64,000 nucleotides of DNA from Chrysomallon squamiferum (lineage: Eukaryota; Animalia; Mollusca): positions 5,146,001 to 5,210,000 of the forward strand of contig CM022675.1 of NCBI GenBank assembly GCA_012295275.1, read 5' to 3'. Within the stretch, counting starts at the first letter, position 1. Every line of letters starts with the position of its first letter. A model generated the notes under the pieces. That model saw nothing but the letters and a program-made list of their open reading frames with translations, ran no database searches and was not told the origin of the DNA. Below, one piece after another: positions 1-19,761 of this stretch. Both the position numbers and the translations under genes were made by a program.

Positions 1-430
1 ATGTGTATCTATGTGTGTCTGTATGTATGTGTGTTTGTGTTTGTATGTATGTATATGTGTGTATGTATATGTGTCTGTGTATATATCTGTATGTATGTAT
101 GTATGTGTGTCTGTATATGTATGTATGTGACTGTATGTGTGTCTGTATGTGTGTTTGTATGTGTATGTATGTGTGTATGTATGTGTGTGTATGTGTATGT
201 GTGTATGTGTGTCTTTATGTGTATGTGTCTGTATGTGTGTCTATATATGTGTGTATATATATGTGTGTATCTATGTGTGTGTGTCTATATGTATGTATGT
301 ATGTATGTGTGTATATATGTGTATATGTATGTGTGTGATGTGTTTAGGTATCTGTGTGTGTATTTGTGTAAGTATACGTATATGTATATGTGTATGTGTG
401 TCTGTATGTGTGTCCTGTATGTGTTGTGTA
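1..430. repeat. Degenerate (TG/TATG)n microsatellite, intron 6 of receptor copy 1
   Basis: Continuous TGTA/TGTG low-complexity tract; a paralogous tract lies at 16428-17100 in the same intron of copy 3. Confidence 0.9.
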
Positions 431-580
431 CGCAGTGGTATACAGTTGTGTTAGTAATATCAGAAGAATCTGCGACGTCTGATTTGAAGTGACAGCAGTG
501 GTGTGGTAGTAGTTGTTTTAATTTTGAAATGTTGATGTATACGTCTTTTTAATCAGAAAATAATTTGATTTCATATACAG

Positions 581-849
581 GTGAAGATTTTTTCGGCAGA
601 TTCCGATTATTCCAATAACGAAAAACAGGAAAGCTTTGTGTTGAAAAAAGAATCACGTTATTGGGGATACAAAATGAAGTGGTATGTTTCTTCATCAGAT
701 GTGAACCACAGTGTGGCATGTCAAAAGTGTGAGTATCGTGTACACACAAACAATAAACAAACAAACAAACAAACAAACAAATAAGTGTTCGTTACTCAAC
801 ATCTCCACTAGAAAACCTATAAACAATTATAAACAATTAATTATCATTA

Positions 850-904
<55 letters not shown>

Positions 905-1467
905 GATTGTTAGTGTTGTTGTTGTTTTGTTCCTGTTTTTTGTAATTGTTTTCTTCATCCTTTTTTCAACATATTTTTCTCAGTTTTTTTTTTCTCAGTT
1001 CTTTCTTCATTATTCTTGTTATATGGACATCTCTCCCGTTTAGATTCTGACTTGCTTAACTTTATTGCAGATAAAAACACAAAATCTACAGCAAAGGCAT
1101 CGTCAACAACTGCAGAATCCTCAACTACTACAACAAACACGAAAACCCAAATTCGATGACTTCAGCACCTGAGAAAGAGTTACCACAGTTTACTACAGAG
1201 AACACGAGTCCAGTGTCAACTTCTCAGTCAAACAAAAGGGACATAACTCCACCTAAAAGCAGCGCACAGGCTGACAACAGACAAAACATACCAGGTTAGT
1301 TTGTTAGTATTTATTAGTTTCTTCGTAATCAAACAGATGTTACGTGTAAAATAATAATAATAAAATACTATAATTTTTTTTTTTAGCACTTGCTGGTGGT
1401 GGTGTTGCTGCTGTCGTAGTAATATTATTTGTTGCTGTTGTGATTTTACTGTGGACTAAACGGTACT

Positions 1468-1500
<33 letters not shown>

Positions 1501-1510
1501 TTGTTCATTA

Positions 1511-1579
<69 letters not shown>

Positions 1580-2609
1580 TGAATAATAACTGAATAATAT
1601 GAAATATTCCACTGTGTTTGTATATATGTAGGTATGTTTGTTTCTACATATATGTAGTATACAATTTTTTTTTAATTTTTAATTTTAATTTCTTCTCAGA
1701 ACACATCGATTTTGTTTTAAAACTCAGAAGTTACCAGAATCAAGAATTAATTTTAACAAAAGAAACAATGAAACCAATTCTGCTGAAGATTTACAACGCG
1801 GTCACACAAATCCGAGTTATGAGGTAACAACGACATCGACGTCGGCAGACTATGAATTTGAATCAGAAAATCAAGGAAACCACAGTGTTTACTACAACGT
1901 CCCAAGCGGAGTTACTATCAACATGGAAAACAGAAATGTTAAACGACTTCCAAATAACAGATCTACTGCTGACGACAACGATGACGACTACGACAGAGCG
2001 GATATCAAAACTGCAACTACTACAACGTCTGAAATGGAGAGTCACCTCTCATGCAGCCATGATGGAGACTACAACACAACAGATAAAACAGATACAACAC
2101 ATAGTAGATCTAACATCTACAACCACCTTGCAGTGGAGAACAACGGCGACAACAACGGCGACTACGATACCTGTTATAAGAAAAAGAAAACAGCTACGTC
2201 TGATCTCTACAACCGGCTTGGTGTCCACAATGACAGCGATTACGACAGCACAAGCAAAGAAAAGACAACTGCAACTGTATCTGACGTCTACAGCCACCTC
2301 GTTGATTCTGAAGACTACGACACCATGGACAGAAAACCTCCAACAGCAACAACAACATCAGAACTGTATAACCATCTTAACCAACCTGACAGCGACCTCT
2401 ACGACATCGCTGATGCTGTTACTTCCGATTAACCACACCCCAGTCTGTGTAGACATACTGCCTCGACTAACAATCAAATTCCCACTAGGAAATCAGAAAT
2501 CTCTGATAACGTCCACGACAATTCCGACAACAACGACAACGTTTCTGAAGGCAGTGGACATTTTTATTTTGTTCTGGAAAATTCTGATAGAAAAGAATCT
2601 CAGCAATAA
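581..2609 (+). pseudogene. CTLD-WSC-mucin-TM receptor copy 1 (subfamily A), 3' part only (exons 7-10), disrupted
   Basis: Exons 581-728 (CTLD2 C-half, ...VACQK), 1071-1294 (S/T stalk), 1387-1462 (TM LAGGGVAAVVVILFVAVVILLWTKR) and 1700-2432 (Tyr-rich tail). Versus copy 3 it has +1 T in exon 7, -1 A in exon 8, and TTA>TAA at 2430-2432; the frame continues past that stop to HFYFVLENSD and a TAA at 2607-2609. The 5' exons lie outside the window. Confidence 0.75.
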
Positions 2610-2663
2610 CTCGATCGATATTTTGATCCAAAAATTGTTCCATGTTAAGTGTCTCATACCATA

Positions 2664-2730
<67 letters not shown>

Positions 2731-3253
2731 TAACATCATCATCATCATTATGCATTAGTACCATTTTTTATTATTTTATTATTTATTTTATTTTTTTTTT
2801 GATGTTGTTGTTTTAAACACGATGTTAATATGTTTTATTATTTACCACTTTTTTTATTGTTTGATTATTTGTATTATTATTTTTACCTTTTACTTTGTAT
2901 TTGTACTTTATCTAAATGAACTTTTCTTCAGTGCGATGTATTTTTAACTTATTTCTTATTTTTTATTTTTCTATTATTATCATTTGTTATTTTTATTATT
3001 TATTTATGCTTTGTTGGTTTATTATTATTATTTTTTCTTATTATTATAAAAGGTTACGGAAAGTTTATTCAAAATTCAGAAATCCTAAATTCTAGTTTGT
3101 GATGTGTTATAGTTTTCCAATATATGAAGCAATCACAAGCCTTACTTTATGCAAAAATTTATTACAAATATTATATAAAATACCTGAGGACAATCTGTAT
3201 ATTTTTGCACGTGTATATATGTCTCTATGTGTCTATGTATGTTTGTATATATA

Positions 3254-4021
3254 CAGTGGTACCTCGATTTACGAGTGTCTAACTTACGAGTTTTTCGAGT
3301 TACGAGCAGTCGCCCGGCGAATTTTTTGCTTTCAGTGGCGAGCCAAAATCCGAGTTACGACCGAGTTTCAGATACACTGCCGTTAGTTGGCGCAACGAAC
3401 AACACAACATCCGCCCAGCATTCCGCGTCTCACTCGTTTACTTCACGTGGTTACCTCACCGCGGAAGCATGTCTGTTCTGTTATGGTCGTGTTTTTCTGT
3501 AATTTTCGCAAATTTCTTTTTTCTGAACATGGATCCTAAGAAAGTGAGTGCAAAGGACAGTGCTGAGAAGAAGAAGCGGATGATGTCCATTGAATTAAAG
3601 GATGAAATCACAGAAAAACATGATCAAGGAGTGCATATAGTCGACTTGGCTAGGCAGTACGAGCGTAGTACTTCTACAATATGTACCATACTGAAGTTGA
3701 AGGAGTCGATAAAGGCTGTAACTCCAGTCAAAGGCGTTAAAATAATTTGTCTGATCTCCAAGATAAATACAATTTACAAAACCAAGTTATTTCTTTACAT
3801 TATCTTTTATTTTGTGTTTATACAATATTTTTCATTCATAAAAACATTTTTTTATTTATTTAAAAACACGTTACAATAATTTTGTGTGATTTTTTGTTGT
3901 CTGGAACGGATTATTAGTATTTCAATTAATTTCAGTTGGCAAAATTGATTTGATATACGAACAAATTGAGATTCGAGCTCGGTCACAGAACGAATTAAAC
4001 TCGTAAGTCAAGGTACCACTT
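3254..4021 (+). mobile_element. Non-autonomous Tigger/pogo-type DNA transposon (copy a)
   Basis: TIRs CAGTGGTACCTCGATTTACGAG ... CTCGTAAGTCAAGGTACCACT with TA at the 5' flank. The internal ORF fragment MDPKKVSAKDSAEKKKRMMSIELKDEITEKHDQGVHIVDLARQYERSTSTICTILK is a CENP-B/Tigger N-terminal HTH; there is no DDE domain. Confidence 0.85.
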
Positions 4022-4735
4022 GATATCTATATATAGTAAAATAATAAATGAAAAACATCAAGGTAAAAAAGAAAATATATATCTTTATATTACATTACTT
4101 CATATTATATACCTATTCTATATAATCATCTAATGATATTTTAATATTTTATTTTAATAATTTTTCATATACGTTTTTCATTTTCTGTTTCGTACTCGAA
4201 GTCTGTATTATATTAACATTTTTAGTATTAATTTAACTTTATTGTGAAACAGTAAATCTCGCAACTATTCAAATAGATTACCTGGTATTTCGAAATATTT
4301 TCACTTTCGAACGATTGATTTATTCCCTGTTTCAAGTGCTATGTGAAGAAAAACTGGACAAATGGGAAAATTTGAATTCTAAATTTTCTGTTTATTGCGC
4401 CAGTGTTATTTGGTATTGTGAAGAAAAAGTTTTTAGTTTAACTGAAAGTACTTTGGAACAGCGGCCATTTTGTTATGTTTCTCGAACGTGTTTCACTAAC
4501 ATCGTTCATACACTACTTGTTACGTTCTCGAGGTTTTGTCTACGAGTTTTCTTCATATAAACAGCCTCGACCAAACACAAATCTTATTTTGATCTGTTTT
4601 TCCAGTATAAAAGGTTTTGTCACCCGAAAGTAGAAAAGCTTTATTAAAAATTTCTGTAAAGTCTGTTAACTATTTTCCAGAGAAAATGTCGCTTCAGAAC
4701 GGGCCTTTGAAGTTTGAAATTAAAAAATTACATCG

Positions 4736-4785
<50 letters not shown>

Positions 4786-4787
4786 TT

Positions 4788-4844
<57 letters not shown>

Positions 4845-5227
4845 GTGCGCTGTCTTTCTAGAGGTATATTCGTGTTTATGTGGGTTATATTACATTTCAG
4901 TATTTGCAGTGACGAGCTCTCTAAATGAGGGAACTACAACTGTGAAACTTAGTATAATGTAATATATTAATTTTATTTTAAATGTTTTGGTGAGACAACT
5001 GTTCTTGAAATCTCGCCATCTTGGCATGACTGCTTTTGAGGCTTCACAGACTGGGTCCATCTGTATAAACAGTGTGAAGTTCTAGTTAACTGATTACAAC
5101 AACAAACAGCAAACTTTAACTAACAGAGTGACTATCATCTCAAACCAGTATTATCAGTCACTTATTTCTCACAGATCATATATATTTAATTGTAAATTTA
5201 ATAACAATAATAATAATAATAATAATA

Positions 5228-5306
<79 letters not shown>

Positions 5307-5716
5307 GTCATCCTGAACATTAGCTGGTAATACGTATACGTGAAAACAAGCCGTGAACACGTCTACATGAAAATAAGCTGGGAATAGGTATTTATGTGAA
5401 AATTAGCTGGGAACAGCTGGATATGAAAATATGTTGTGAATTGGTGGAAATAAACTGTATTTATATTTTGTGTGTTTGTATGTGTATGTGTCTAGATGTA
5501 TGTATATATACATATATGTATGTAACTGTATATGCATTTGTGAATGTACGTGTGTATGTATGTATGTAATTCATTGTATTGTACTAGTAGTTACATTAGT
5601 AAAGCGGACGTATCATTTCTAATCACACGACACAAAGTTACAAACAATGTATTCTGTAATCTAAGTAGCCAGTCATTGATCAAGCTTTACTGTGAAGCGA
5701 CTAGCTGTTTGGGCTA

Positions 5717-5875
5717 AGGTTCCAGTTGATGGATTCTATGTCTAACAGACTCGTGGGTTTTGTTACTGATTAATATCTAAGGTTCCAGTTGATGTTCTAT
5801 ATCTATTAATATTACTATTAATATCTAAGGTTCCAGTTGATGGATTCTATATCTAACAGACTCGTGGGTTTTGTT
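5717..5875. repeat. Short direct repeats upstream of copy 2
   Basis: CTAAGGTTCCAGTTGATG occurs three times, twice followed by ..TCTAACAGACTCGTGGGTTTTGTT. Confidence 0.7.
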
Positions 5876-5993
5876 TGATTACTCTGTGTATTAATATCTA
5901 CTAACTTGATGGTTTTAGCAAAGCTCGGTTTTATATCGACTTGGTTAAGAAATTTCGGATATAAAAATAAAGAGAAGAACACAAAAAGAAATA

Positions 5994-8900
5994 ATGAATT
6001 TAGTAACAGCAGTGATTATATTAACGATCTACAATCAGGTTACAGGTGCAGAAAGACTAAGTAAGTTTTGCTTTAATTTATTTAAATTAACTGTATGTTA
6101 CACTTCAAGTCTTTTCAAATATGTATAAGGGAGGGGGACATAACTTAAAATTTTAAAGTTTATTTAAGTTTTATTCGTTGATTAAAAGGGATTTTAGAAT
6201 TGTTATTTCTTGTATATGCTGATTATATTTCAAAGTACAGAAGCAGACCATTTTCAAAATAGCGTCTACTGAATGTTTAATGGAGTTTTAACATGAAATG
6301 CTTGTATCATAGTTAATAATAACAAGAACAACAGCAAAACACAAACAGAAATAATGATAGTGATGAAAATCAAAATAACTGCGTAGCCTAACAATAAAAG
6401 GTAATACAATTTAAACAGTTTCCATTTCAGATAACATGTCTTAATAGGTAAAAATATTACATAATACCATAAAAGAGCAGGTTTTAACACAATATCTTTT
6501 AAAAATACACTCCTTACTATAAACGGAAAATTACTTAAAATAGCCTTACATAACTTAATTATAAGTTGTTATCTAACATAGCATAACTAAAATAATAACA
6601 CAGCAGTATTACATGTTTCAATATGACATATCTTGACTCAAGCAGAGTATAGCTTAAAACAATTAATATTTATAAATTTCTGCAACATATTTCAAAATAA
6701 ATAATTAAGATAATTATTAATAAATTAACACAGGTCCGTGGTCTGACAGAAAACAAGAAGAAATGTTAGAAGAATATTTTACACTGGATAAAAAACAAAC
6801 TTGGTGGGAGGCAGCGTATTCTGGCTGTGAGGAGGCAGGAGGCAGACTCGTTGTTCATCATTCTGGTTTAGACGAAAACAAACTTTTTTCTGTAATGGAA
6901 AAAGACACAAACTATTGGGTAGGAGCTTTTGAGACGTTTACACCGTGGATGTGGACTGGTAGGTATAATTTATTTTTAATCTCAATTTAGAAAATAAATA
7001 ATATTTTAGTGGTAGCTTTTCCTCCAGTGCAGATTCTCGCTCAGTTTTCCAGCTGAATCCTCCTTGTTCAAGATATTCTGATGTGACACGAAACATTTCC
7101 TCTCCTGTTGTTTCTCGTTGCCTTGCAAAACAGGAAACACACATTGGCCAGGAGATGAACACGTCCACTGATATCAGAAGACTCATCAAGTTGCAATGCG
7201 TATCTTTTCCAAAACAATCTTTTCTGTGTCTGCGGACACGTCATCAATGCGTCTGTGTTATTTGACAGAGGAACTTTGACTACTTCTTTAACCGCGTCAG
7301 GGCTGAACATCACATTTACAACGGCTTTGATGTCAGGTAGTTTTAATGTCTCTGCCTGTGTGCGACTTTTTCAAATTTGGCTACAAGTTCAGCTACTAAG
7401 TAACTAGCTTTGAGAGCTCTCACAGACACCGTTGTAGTTTTTCTCATAAAGCCTGCTGTTCCTCCGTGTTTTATCGCAGGCAAACTAAATAGTCTGTGTT
7501 GTTGCTTTGAAGTGACGAATGTTTCGTTTGGAGATGGTGTTTAAGCTTGTTTCTGACCATGCACTGTTGTTAACCTTTTGCCCACACACCAAGCAAAGAG
7601 TTAGTGCAGCAGGATCCCAATAAAAGTAAATCGAAACGAAAGATAACTTTCACTGTGTGTTCTTGAACTCAGCGAGTTTGCTTTCCTTGACCACCGCTCA
7701 CATTACTCTTTTCACTCGCATTAGAATTTTGTCCAGGGTCCCGTTCGGAGTCTTCATTTTTTCAAATATTCATCTATCGCTGTACGTCTTCTCGACGACA
7801 CCTCTCAAATACATCACTAATTCTGTTGTCTTAAGTTAACAACGTCATTATTGCGGCGCTGATTCAGCCTGCAGGTCATGGAAGAGTATTTAATTACTTC
7901 GCCAGTCTCTACACTGCAGACACAACCGTACAAACATAGGTAGTTACTAAATAATATTTGATCTATTTATTTATATTTTTTTATTCAGTTTTTGTATTAT
8001 ATTTTTTTGTATTATTTTATTATTGATTGTTGTTATTGTTGTTTTCAGAGACCAATGACAAATTATTCCAGTACGTTGGAGATATCGATGTTGGGAGTTT
8101 GAGTAGTAAATACTCAATACAAGACAGTGATGCTTTTAAATGTTTCCAGCAACGCAAACCAAGTAATGGAAGAATTGGTTTACAGGTTAGTAAATTCTTC
8201 TCTTCATAAAGTCTGAATTAAAAACAAAAAGTGTTTAATGTATACTTGTTTTAGGTTACCTGAAACACACACATACAAACGGGAAACACAGACAGTTATA
8301 CTTCTACTATTAAACTGTCATTGCGAAAACCACTTCATCATCATCTTCTTCTACTACTATTGCCACTTCTACCATTACTACTTCTTCTTTCTATTTTTAT
8401 TATTATTGATATTTGTTTTGTATTTTTAGGGAAAGGAGTGTTACTGTGAAATCTCTGACACAGCAAGTCCTGTGAAGTCAACTACAAAACGAGTTCGATG
8501 TGCAGGGACATATGAAGAATTCTGCGGAGGACAAAACACAATTTCTATTTATAGAATAGGTGAAATTACCAACTTTAACATAATTTTTAAAATATTTATC
8601 TTTTTATATTATTTTATTGACAGCAGTAGATGAAGGTGTAAGTTTGAGATTTTGAATAAATAAACAAACGAATGTGTGAATGAATGAACGAATGAAGATT
8701 GGGTATCCACTGCTGTAGTGATAATTATAATAATATATAAATTACTTCATTACAGATCTTCCGTCTTCAGTTACAGTTGACAACAGCGCTGACGGAATCA
8801 AGCGCTGCGGCTACGTCAAGTTCAATTCTGACAATTTTACAATTGGTTTTCAAAACTGTGACAGCTACAGAGCATATACACTTTATACAGGTAATAGTTT

Positions 8901-9390
8901 TAACAAAGTTCGAATAAATAAATAAATAATAAGATGATGATGATGATTGCTATTATTATATTTATTATATTTATTATTATTATTATTATTGTTGTTGTTG
9001 TTGTTGTTGTTGTTGTTATTATTATTATTATCAATGAAGAACGATGTAATATCAAAAATGAAATGAAATGAAATATTCGTTCATTATAACATCATATTCA
9101 TTCTCTTTTTAGAATACTGCTGGAATTCTGAAACTTGTATTTCACAGCGGATGATGTCATGGGACTATGCAAGCAGACATTTTGACATGTTTAAAGTAAG
9201 CAGCAGTACAGTCTCATCACTGCAGAATCTGCTACAAACAAATCTTTACTACTGGATTGGACTCCACAGAGATGTCAAACTGCTGTGGATTGATGGTAAA
9301 TTGTAGTCAGAAATCTGTATACATCTTGTGTTGTGTTTGTGTTTAAGTATGTGTTTGGGTCTTTGTGTGTTAGTTATATTATGTGTGTGT

Positions 9391-9433
<43 letters not shown>

Positions 9434-9796
9434 TGCGCACAGACTTCGGTAATATTTTTGTTATTGTTGTTGTTAATTTTTATTTAACTGGTCTTTTTGC
9501 TGCTGAAAGCGACAAAGAATAGATATTCAGTATTTGTTGTTACTTCTTCCTCTGTGTAAAACAAAATTCTAACATACTTGTTTTAAATCTTGCAGGTAGT
9601 GTGGTATCGTTTCAGAAACCAGTTTCAGAAGGTGATCTTAAAAGGATGGTCTGGTTTAGTAAAAATAACAAATTATATTACAGTTACAAATCAGACCAAA
9701 ACAATCCAGCTATTTGTCAGAAATGTAAGTATAAAACAACACAATAAAACAAATTGTTAAAAAGTCGATTTGTTTATTAATTAAATATAATCACAG

Positions 9797-9838
<42 letters not shown>

Positions 9839-9939
9839 AGATATGAATGTATGTTTGTATGTACATATTTATGTATATATAGCTAACTGTATGTACGTAT
9901 ACAGGTATGTGTGTGTATGTATGTATATATGTGAAATAG

Positions 9940-10023
<84 letters not shown>

Positions 10024-10403
10024 TAATAATAAAGTTAAAAGATGACATACAAAGTCTTTGATAAAAAAAAAATGTCTTCTAGAGACAATCTTTTTTATAC
10101 ATTTACAGATAATGTAACTAAACCAGTAACAACGTCCACATCAGTGACAACGCCTGCAAAACAGTCCCCAAAAACAACAGCAGCTACGCCAAAATTGTCA
10201 ACTTCCAAACTTTTCTCCAATCCGTCTTTTTCTTCTGCTTCTGAACCAACAACATCAGGGGAGATAATTCCAAGGAAACAATCCGGTGAGACACAACATC
10301 CATCAAACAAGTCAGGTTAGTTTTAATTTTACTATTTTGTTTTAATAGTTTTAACTAATTTTATTTGACTACATTTAATTTACTAGATATATTTTATTAG
10401 ATT

Positions 10404-10434
<31 letters not shown>

Positions 10435-10990
10435 TATTTTATTTATTTTAAACAATATTAATTGTTTTAGTTTATTGGATTTAAGTTAGCAGTTTTTATT
10501 ACTAAATTTATGTACAACTTTTATCAAGTTATTTCCTACTTTTAATTTACTAGCTATATTTACTACTTTTTTTCCCTAAATTTATTTTATTATGTTTATG
10601 ACTAAATTTCATTTACTAGGTTTGTTTAAATTAATTAAGTTTATTTATTTATATTTTTCTACCCAGTTTGTCTGTGCTTGATGGTTTATTTAATTTGCAA
10701 CAATTATTTTATTCGTTTTTAATTTACTAACTTTATTTTACTAGCTTACTGTCAATTTACGAGGATTATTCTGCTAACCTGATTCAAATTAATTAAATAT
10801 ATTTTCATTAATAGTATTCTTTTTAACATTTTTTTTTTAATTTTTAGTTTTTTAATTTTTTTAACTTAATATATTATTTTTTTAAATATTTTTTTGTAAT
10901 TTGTTTGATATAATTTTATTAGGAAAAGAGGCAGATAAAGCGTTATATTTGTGTTAAAATTAATATTATTTCAAAAATAAGTGAAAAATA

Positions 10991-11045
<55 letters not shown>

Positions 11046-12224
11046 ATACATAAATAAATACATAAATAAATAAAATCATACATACATGGATACATACATA
11101 AAAACATTTGCATTGTTATTGTATAATTATTTTCAGCATATGTTGGTGGTGGCGTCACTGCTGTTGTTTTAGTGGTGTTGGTCATTGCTGCCGTTGTAGT
11201 TTGGTCTAGACGGTGAGAATTTGTTGTAATCAATCATTAAATAAAATTATGAAATTCACGAAGAAGAAAAAACAGAAAAAAATAAATAGGCTCAAATATG
11301 AAAGAAAACATTGAGAAGGAAAAAAGAATTAATGAATGAAAAAGAAAGAAAAATGTTGTGTTGTTTATCATGCTTGTTAGAAATGCTAAGACAAAAGAAA
11401 GAGAAAGAAAAAGATATGAAAGAATGAGAAGGATATGAATGAAAGAAAGAAAGGTAGAAAAGTAAAAGATAGAATAGGATATGAACGAAAGTAATAAAAG
11501 AATCTATATATTTCACTGTTATTCTTCTCACTTAATCTTTAGTTTAATTTGAAATGTAAAATAGTTTTTCCTTTGAATTATCAGAGTTGTCACGACAGAA
11601 ACTCATATAATAAAACTAACTTAGTATTTCACGGTTTAAATTTAAATAATATCTTCATTTTTCAGAACACGTCGATTTTTTTTTAAAACTCAGAAGTTAC
11701 TAGAGTCAAGAGTTAATTTTAAGAAAAGAAACAATGAAATAAGCTCTGCTGAAGGTTTACAACCTGGTCACACAAATCCGACTTATGAGGTAACAACGAC
11801 ATCAACGTCGGCAGATTATGAATTTGAATCAGAAAATCAAGGAAACCACAGTGTTTACTACAACATCCCAAACGGAGTTACAGTCAACATGGAAAACAGA
11901 AATGATAAGTACTACGACATCGTAGACGTTAAAGCACTTCCCATTAACATATTTACTGGAGACTACGACACAGCGAATACTACAACGTCTGAAGTGGACA
12001 ATCATCTCTCAGGCAGCCACGACGGAGACTACAACGACATAGACACAACAAATACGACAACTCGTACATCTAACATCTACATCAACCTGGCTGCGGACGA
12101 CAACGGTGACTATGACAGCTACGATAAGGAAACGGTAACAACTACGTCTCATGCCCACAGCCAGCTTGGTTTCGACAATGACAGCGCCTACGACAGCACA
12201 AGCAAAAAAATGACAGCTATCTGA
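5994..12224 (+). CDS. CTLD-WSC-CTLD-mucin-TM receptor copy 2 (subfamily A), open frame of about 615 aa with shortened tail
   Basis: join(5994-6060,6734-6958,8049-8185,8430-8559,8756-8890,9113-9295,9596-9724,10109-10315,11137-11212,11666-12224); all GT-AG with consistent phases (1,1,0,1,1,1,1,1,2). Signal peptide MNLVTAVIILTIYNQVTGA; CTLD TWWEAAYSGCEEAGGRL..YWVGA; WSC ECYC..RCAGTYEEFCGGQNTISIY; CTLD2 YWIGL..AICQK; TM YVGGGVTAVVLVVLVIAAVVVWSR. Confidence 0.8.
7020..7915 (-). mobile_element. Degenerate hAT (Charlie/Buster-like) transposase fragment in intron 2 of copy 2
   Basis: Minus-strand peptides SESYLSFRFTFIGDP..LCLVCGQK..KLKHHLQTKH (BED zinc-finger-like) and KVPLSNNT..YALQLDESSDISG (hAT catalytic D motif), with frameshifts. 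It is absent from the 87-bp paralogous intron of copies 3 and 4. Boundaries are approximate. Confidence 0.75.
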
Positions 12225-12534
12225 CGCCTACAGCCACCTTGATTATTATGAAGACTACAACACCATGGACAGAAACCCTGCAACATCAATAACAACATCA
12301 GAACCTTAGCCAGCCATAATAACCAACCTGACGCTGAAACTACGACATCGCTTGATTTTGCTACGTCAGAATGGAACTACGATGTCATTGCGATTTATTT
12401 TTCACCTTGTTCCTGAGTTATGAGAGATCTCTTCTTATACTAACATTTTTAGTATTAATCTGCACTGATGCAAAATTTGTCGCTTGAAGGAAGTGTTTTA
12501 TAAAATCCACGTTAACAGTTACTTTTTTGTTTTG

Positions 12535-12625
<91 letters not shown>

Positions 12626-13197
12626 TTGTCTTTGCTTTTATTGTTGTTGTTTTCCGTTTCGTACTCGAAGTCTGATTTATAATAACTTTTTAGTATTAAT
12701 CTAACTTTGTTGTCATACAGTAAACCTCGCTACTATTCAAATGGACCATCAGGTAAATCGATATATTTTAACTTTCGAATGATTGATTTATTCTTTGTTT
12801 CAAGTGCTATTTGAATAAAAACTGGATAAATTGAAAATTTGAATTCTTAATTTTGTGTGTATTGCACCAGTGTTACTTTGTAGTGTGAAGAAAAAGTTTT
12901 AATTTTAACTGAAATTACTTTGGAACAGCCGCCATTTTGTATGGTTTTTCGAACTAGTATCACTAACATCGTTCATACACTACTTGTTATGTTCTCGAGG
13001 TTTTGTCTACGAGTTTTCTTCATATAAACAACCTCGACCAAACACAAATTAAATATCTTAGTTTCATTTCTCTGTCCAGTATAAAAGTTTTTTTCACACG
13101 AAAGTAGTAGAAAAACCTGATGAAAAATTCTGTCAAGTCTGTTAACAATTTTCGAGACGTAATCTCGTTTCAAAACGAGTCTTTGAAGTTACAGAGT

Positions 13198-13608
13198 CTC
13201 CAACTACAAAGGCAAATCCAAATTTGTTTCTGAAACAAAATGTTTTCTCCGAACTCTGGAACATAACATGACCAGGATTCAGACTGAGTCTTAGTTAGTA
13301 AGAAACGTCTTTGAATTTACAGATTTCCTCAAAACAGCAACTGTGTGGAAACATCACCAAAAGAAATTAAACATAAAAACATTCATAGCTTTTGGACTAT
13401 TTAACTGACGTCACAACACACAAAATGTACACACGCACATACACATACACACATTCACACACACACGTCTTTCTAGATGTATATTCATGTTTATTTAAAA
13501 TTTCTTACTTATAGAGTCTCAGTCTGAATCCTGGTTATGTTATGTTCCAGAGTTCGGAAAAAACATTTTGTTTCAGAAAGAAATTTGGATTTGCATTTAT
13601 AGTTGGAG
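13198..13608. mobile_element. MITE-like element with about 90-bp inverted repeats
   Basis: 13198-13288 (CTCCAACTACAAAGGCAAATCCAAATTTG...CAGGATTCAGACTGAG) is the near-perfect reverse complement of 13518-13608. The right arm alone recurs near 22218-22305 and 33238-33290. Confidence 0.75.
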
Positions 13609-13835
13609 GATTTTATACAAGAATAGTTGTTCAGACATTGCTAAACATTAGAACACAGATTATAGAAATGTGCTGTTGAAAAGTGACGTCATAGATTAAC
13701 ACCAAGAGAAGACAACTGTGATAGCAGTTTTTTGTTTTGTTTTACATGTCTACTGCAACAGAGAAATTAAGTTTTCAAAGTTAATTTTCAAAAAGATAAA
13801 CGTTTTGTTTTCTTTTCAAAAAATAAATGGTGCAG

Positions 13836-19545
<5,710 letters not shown>

Positions 19546-19666
19546 AAAGAATCTCAGTAGTAACTCGATCGATATTTTGATACAAAACTTTGTCGTCTAA
19601 ATTTTTTCCCATCTTAACAGTGTCTCATACAACATTACTATTATTATTATTATTATTTTATTATTA

Positions 19667-19705
<39 letters not shown>

Positions 19706-19730
19706 GTTGTTATTATTATTATTATTATTA

Positions 19731-19761
<31 letters not shown>

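Noticed and set aside
1-492. Cys/Val/Tyr/Met-rich ORFs (also 16430-17123, 33252-34097, 56525-56962)
   Set aside because: They are translations of TG/TATG microsatellites within introns.
1852-2733. Long alternative-frame ORFs MNLNQKIK.. overlapping the tails (also 18803-19600, 29697-30458)
   Set aside because: These are shadow frames of the ACN/GAC-rich last exon. Splice phase from the TM exon selects the Tyr-rich frame, and the shadow frame is broken in copy 4.
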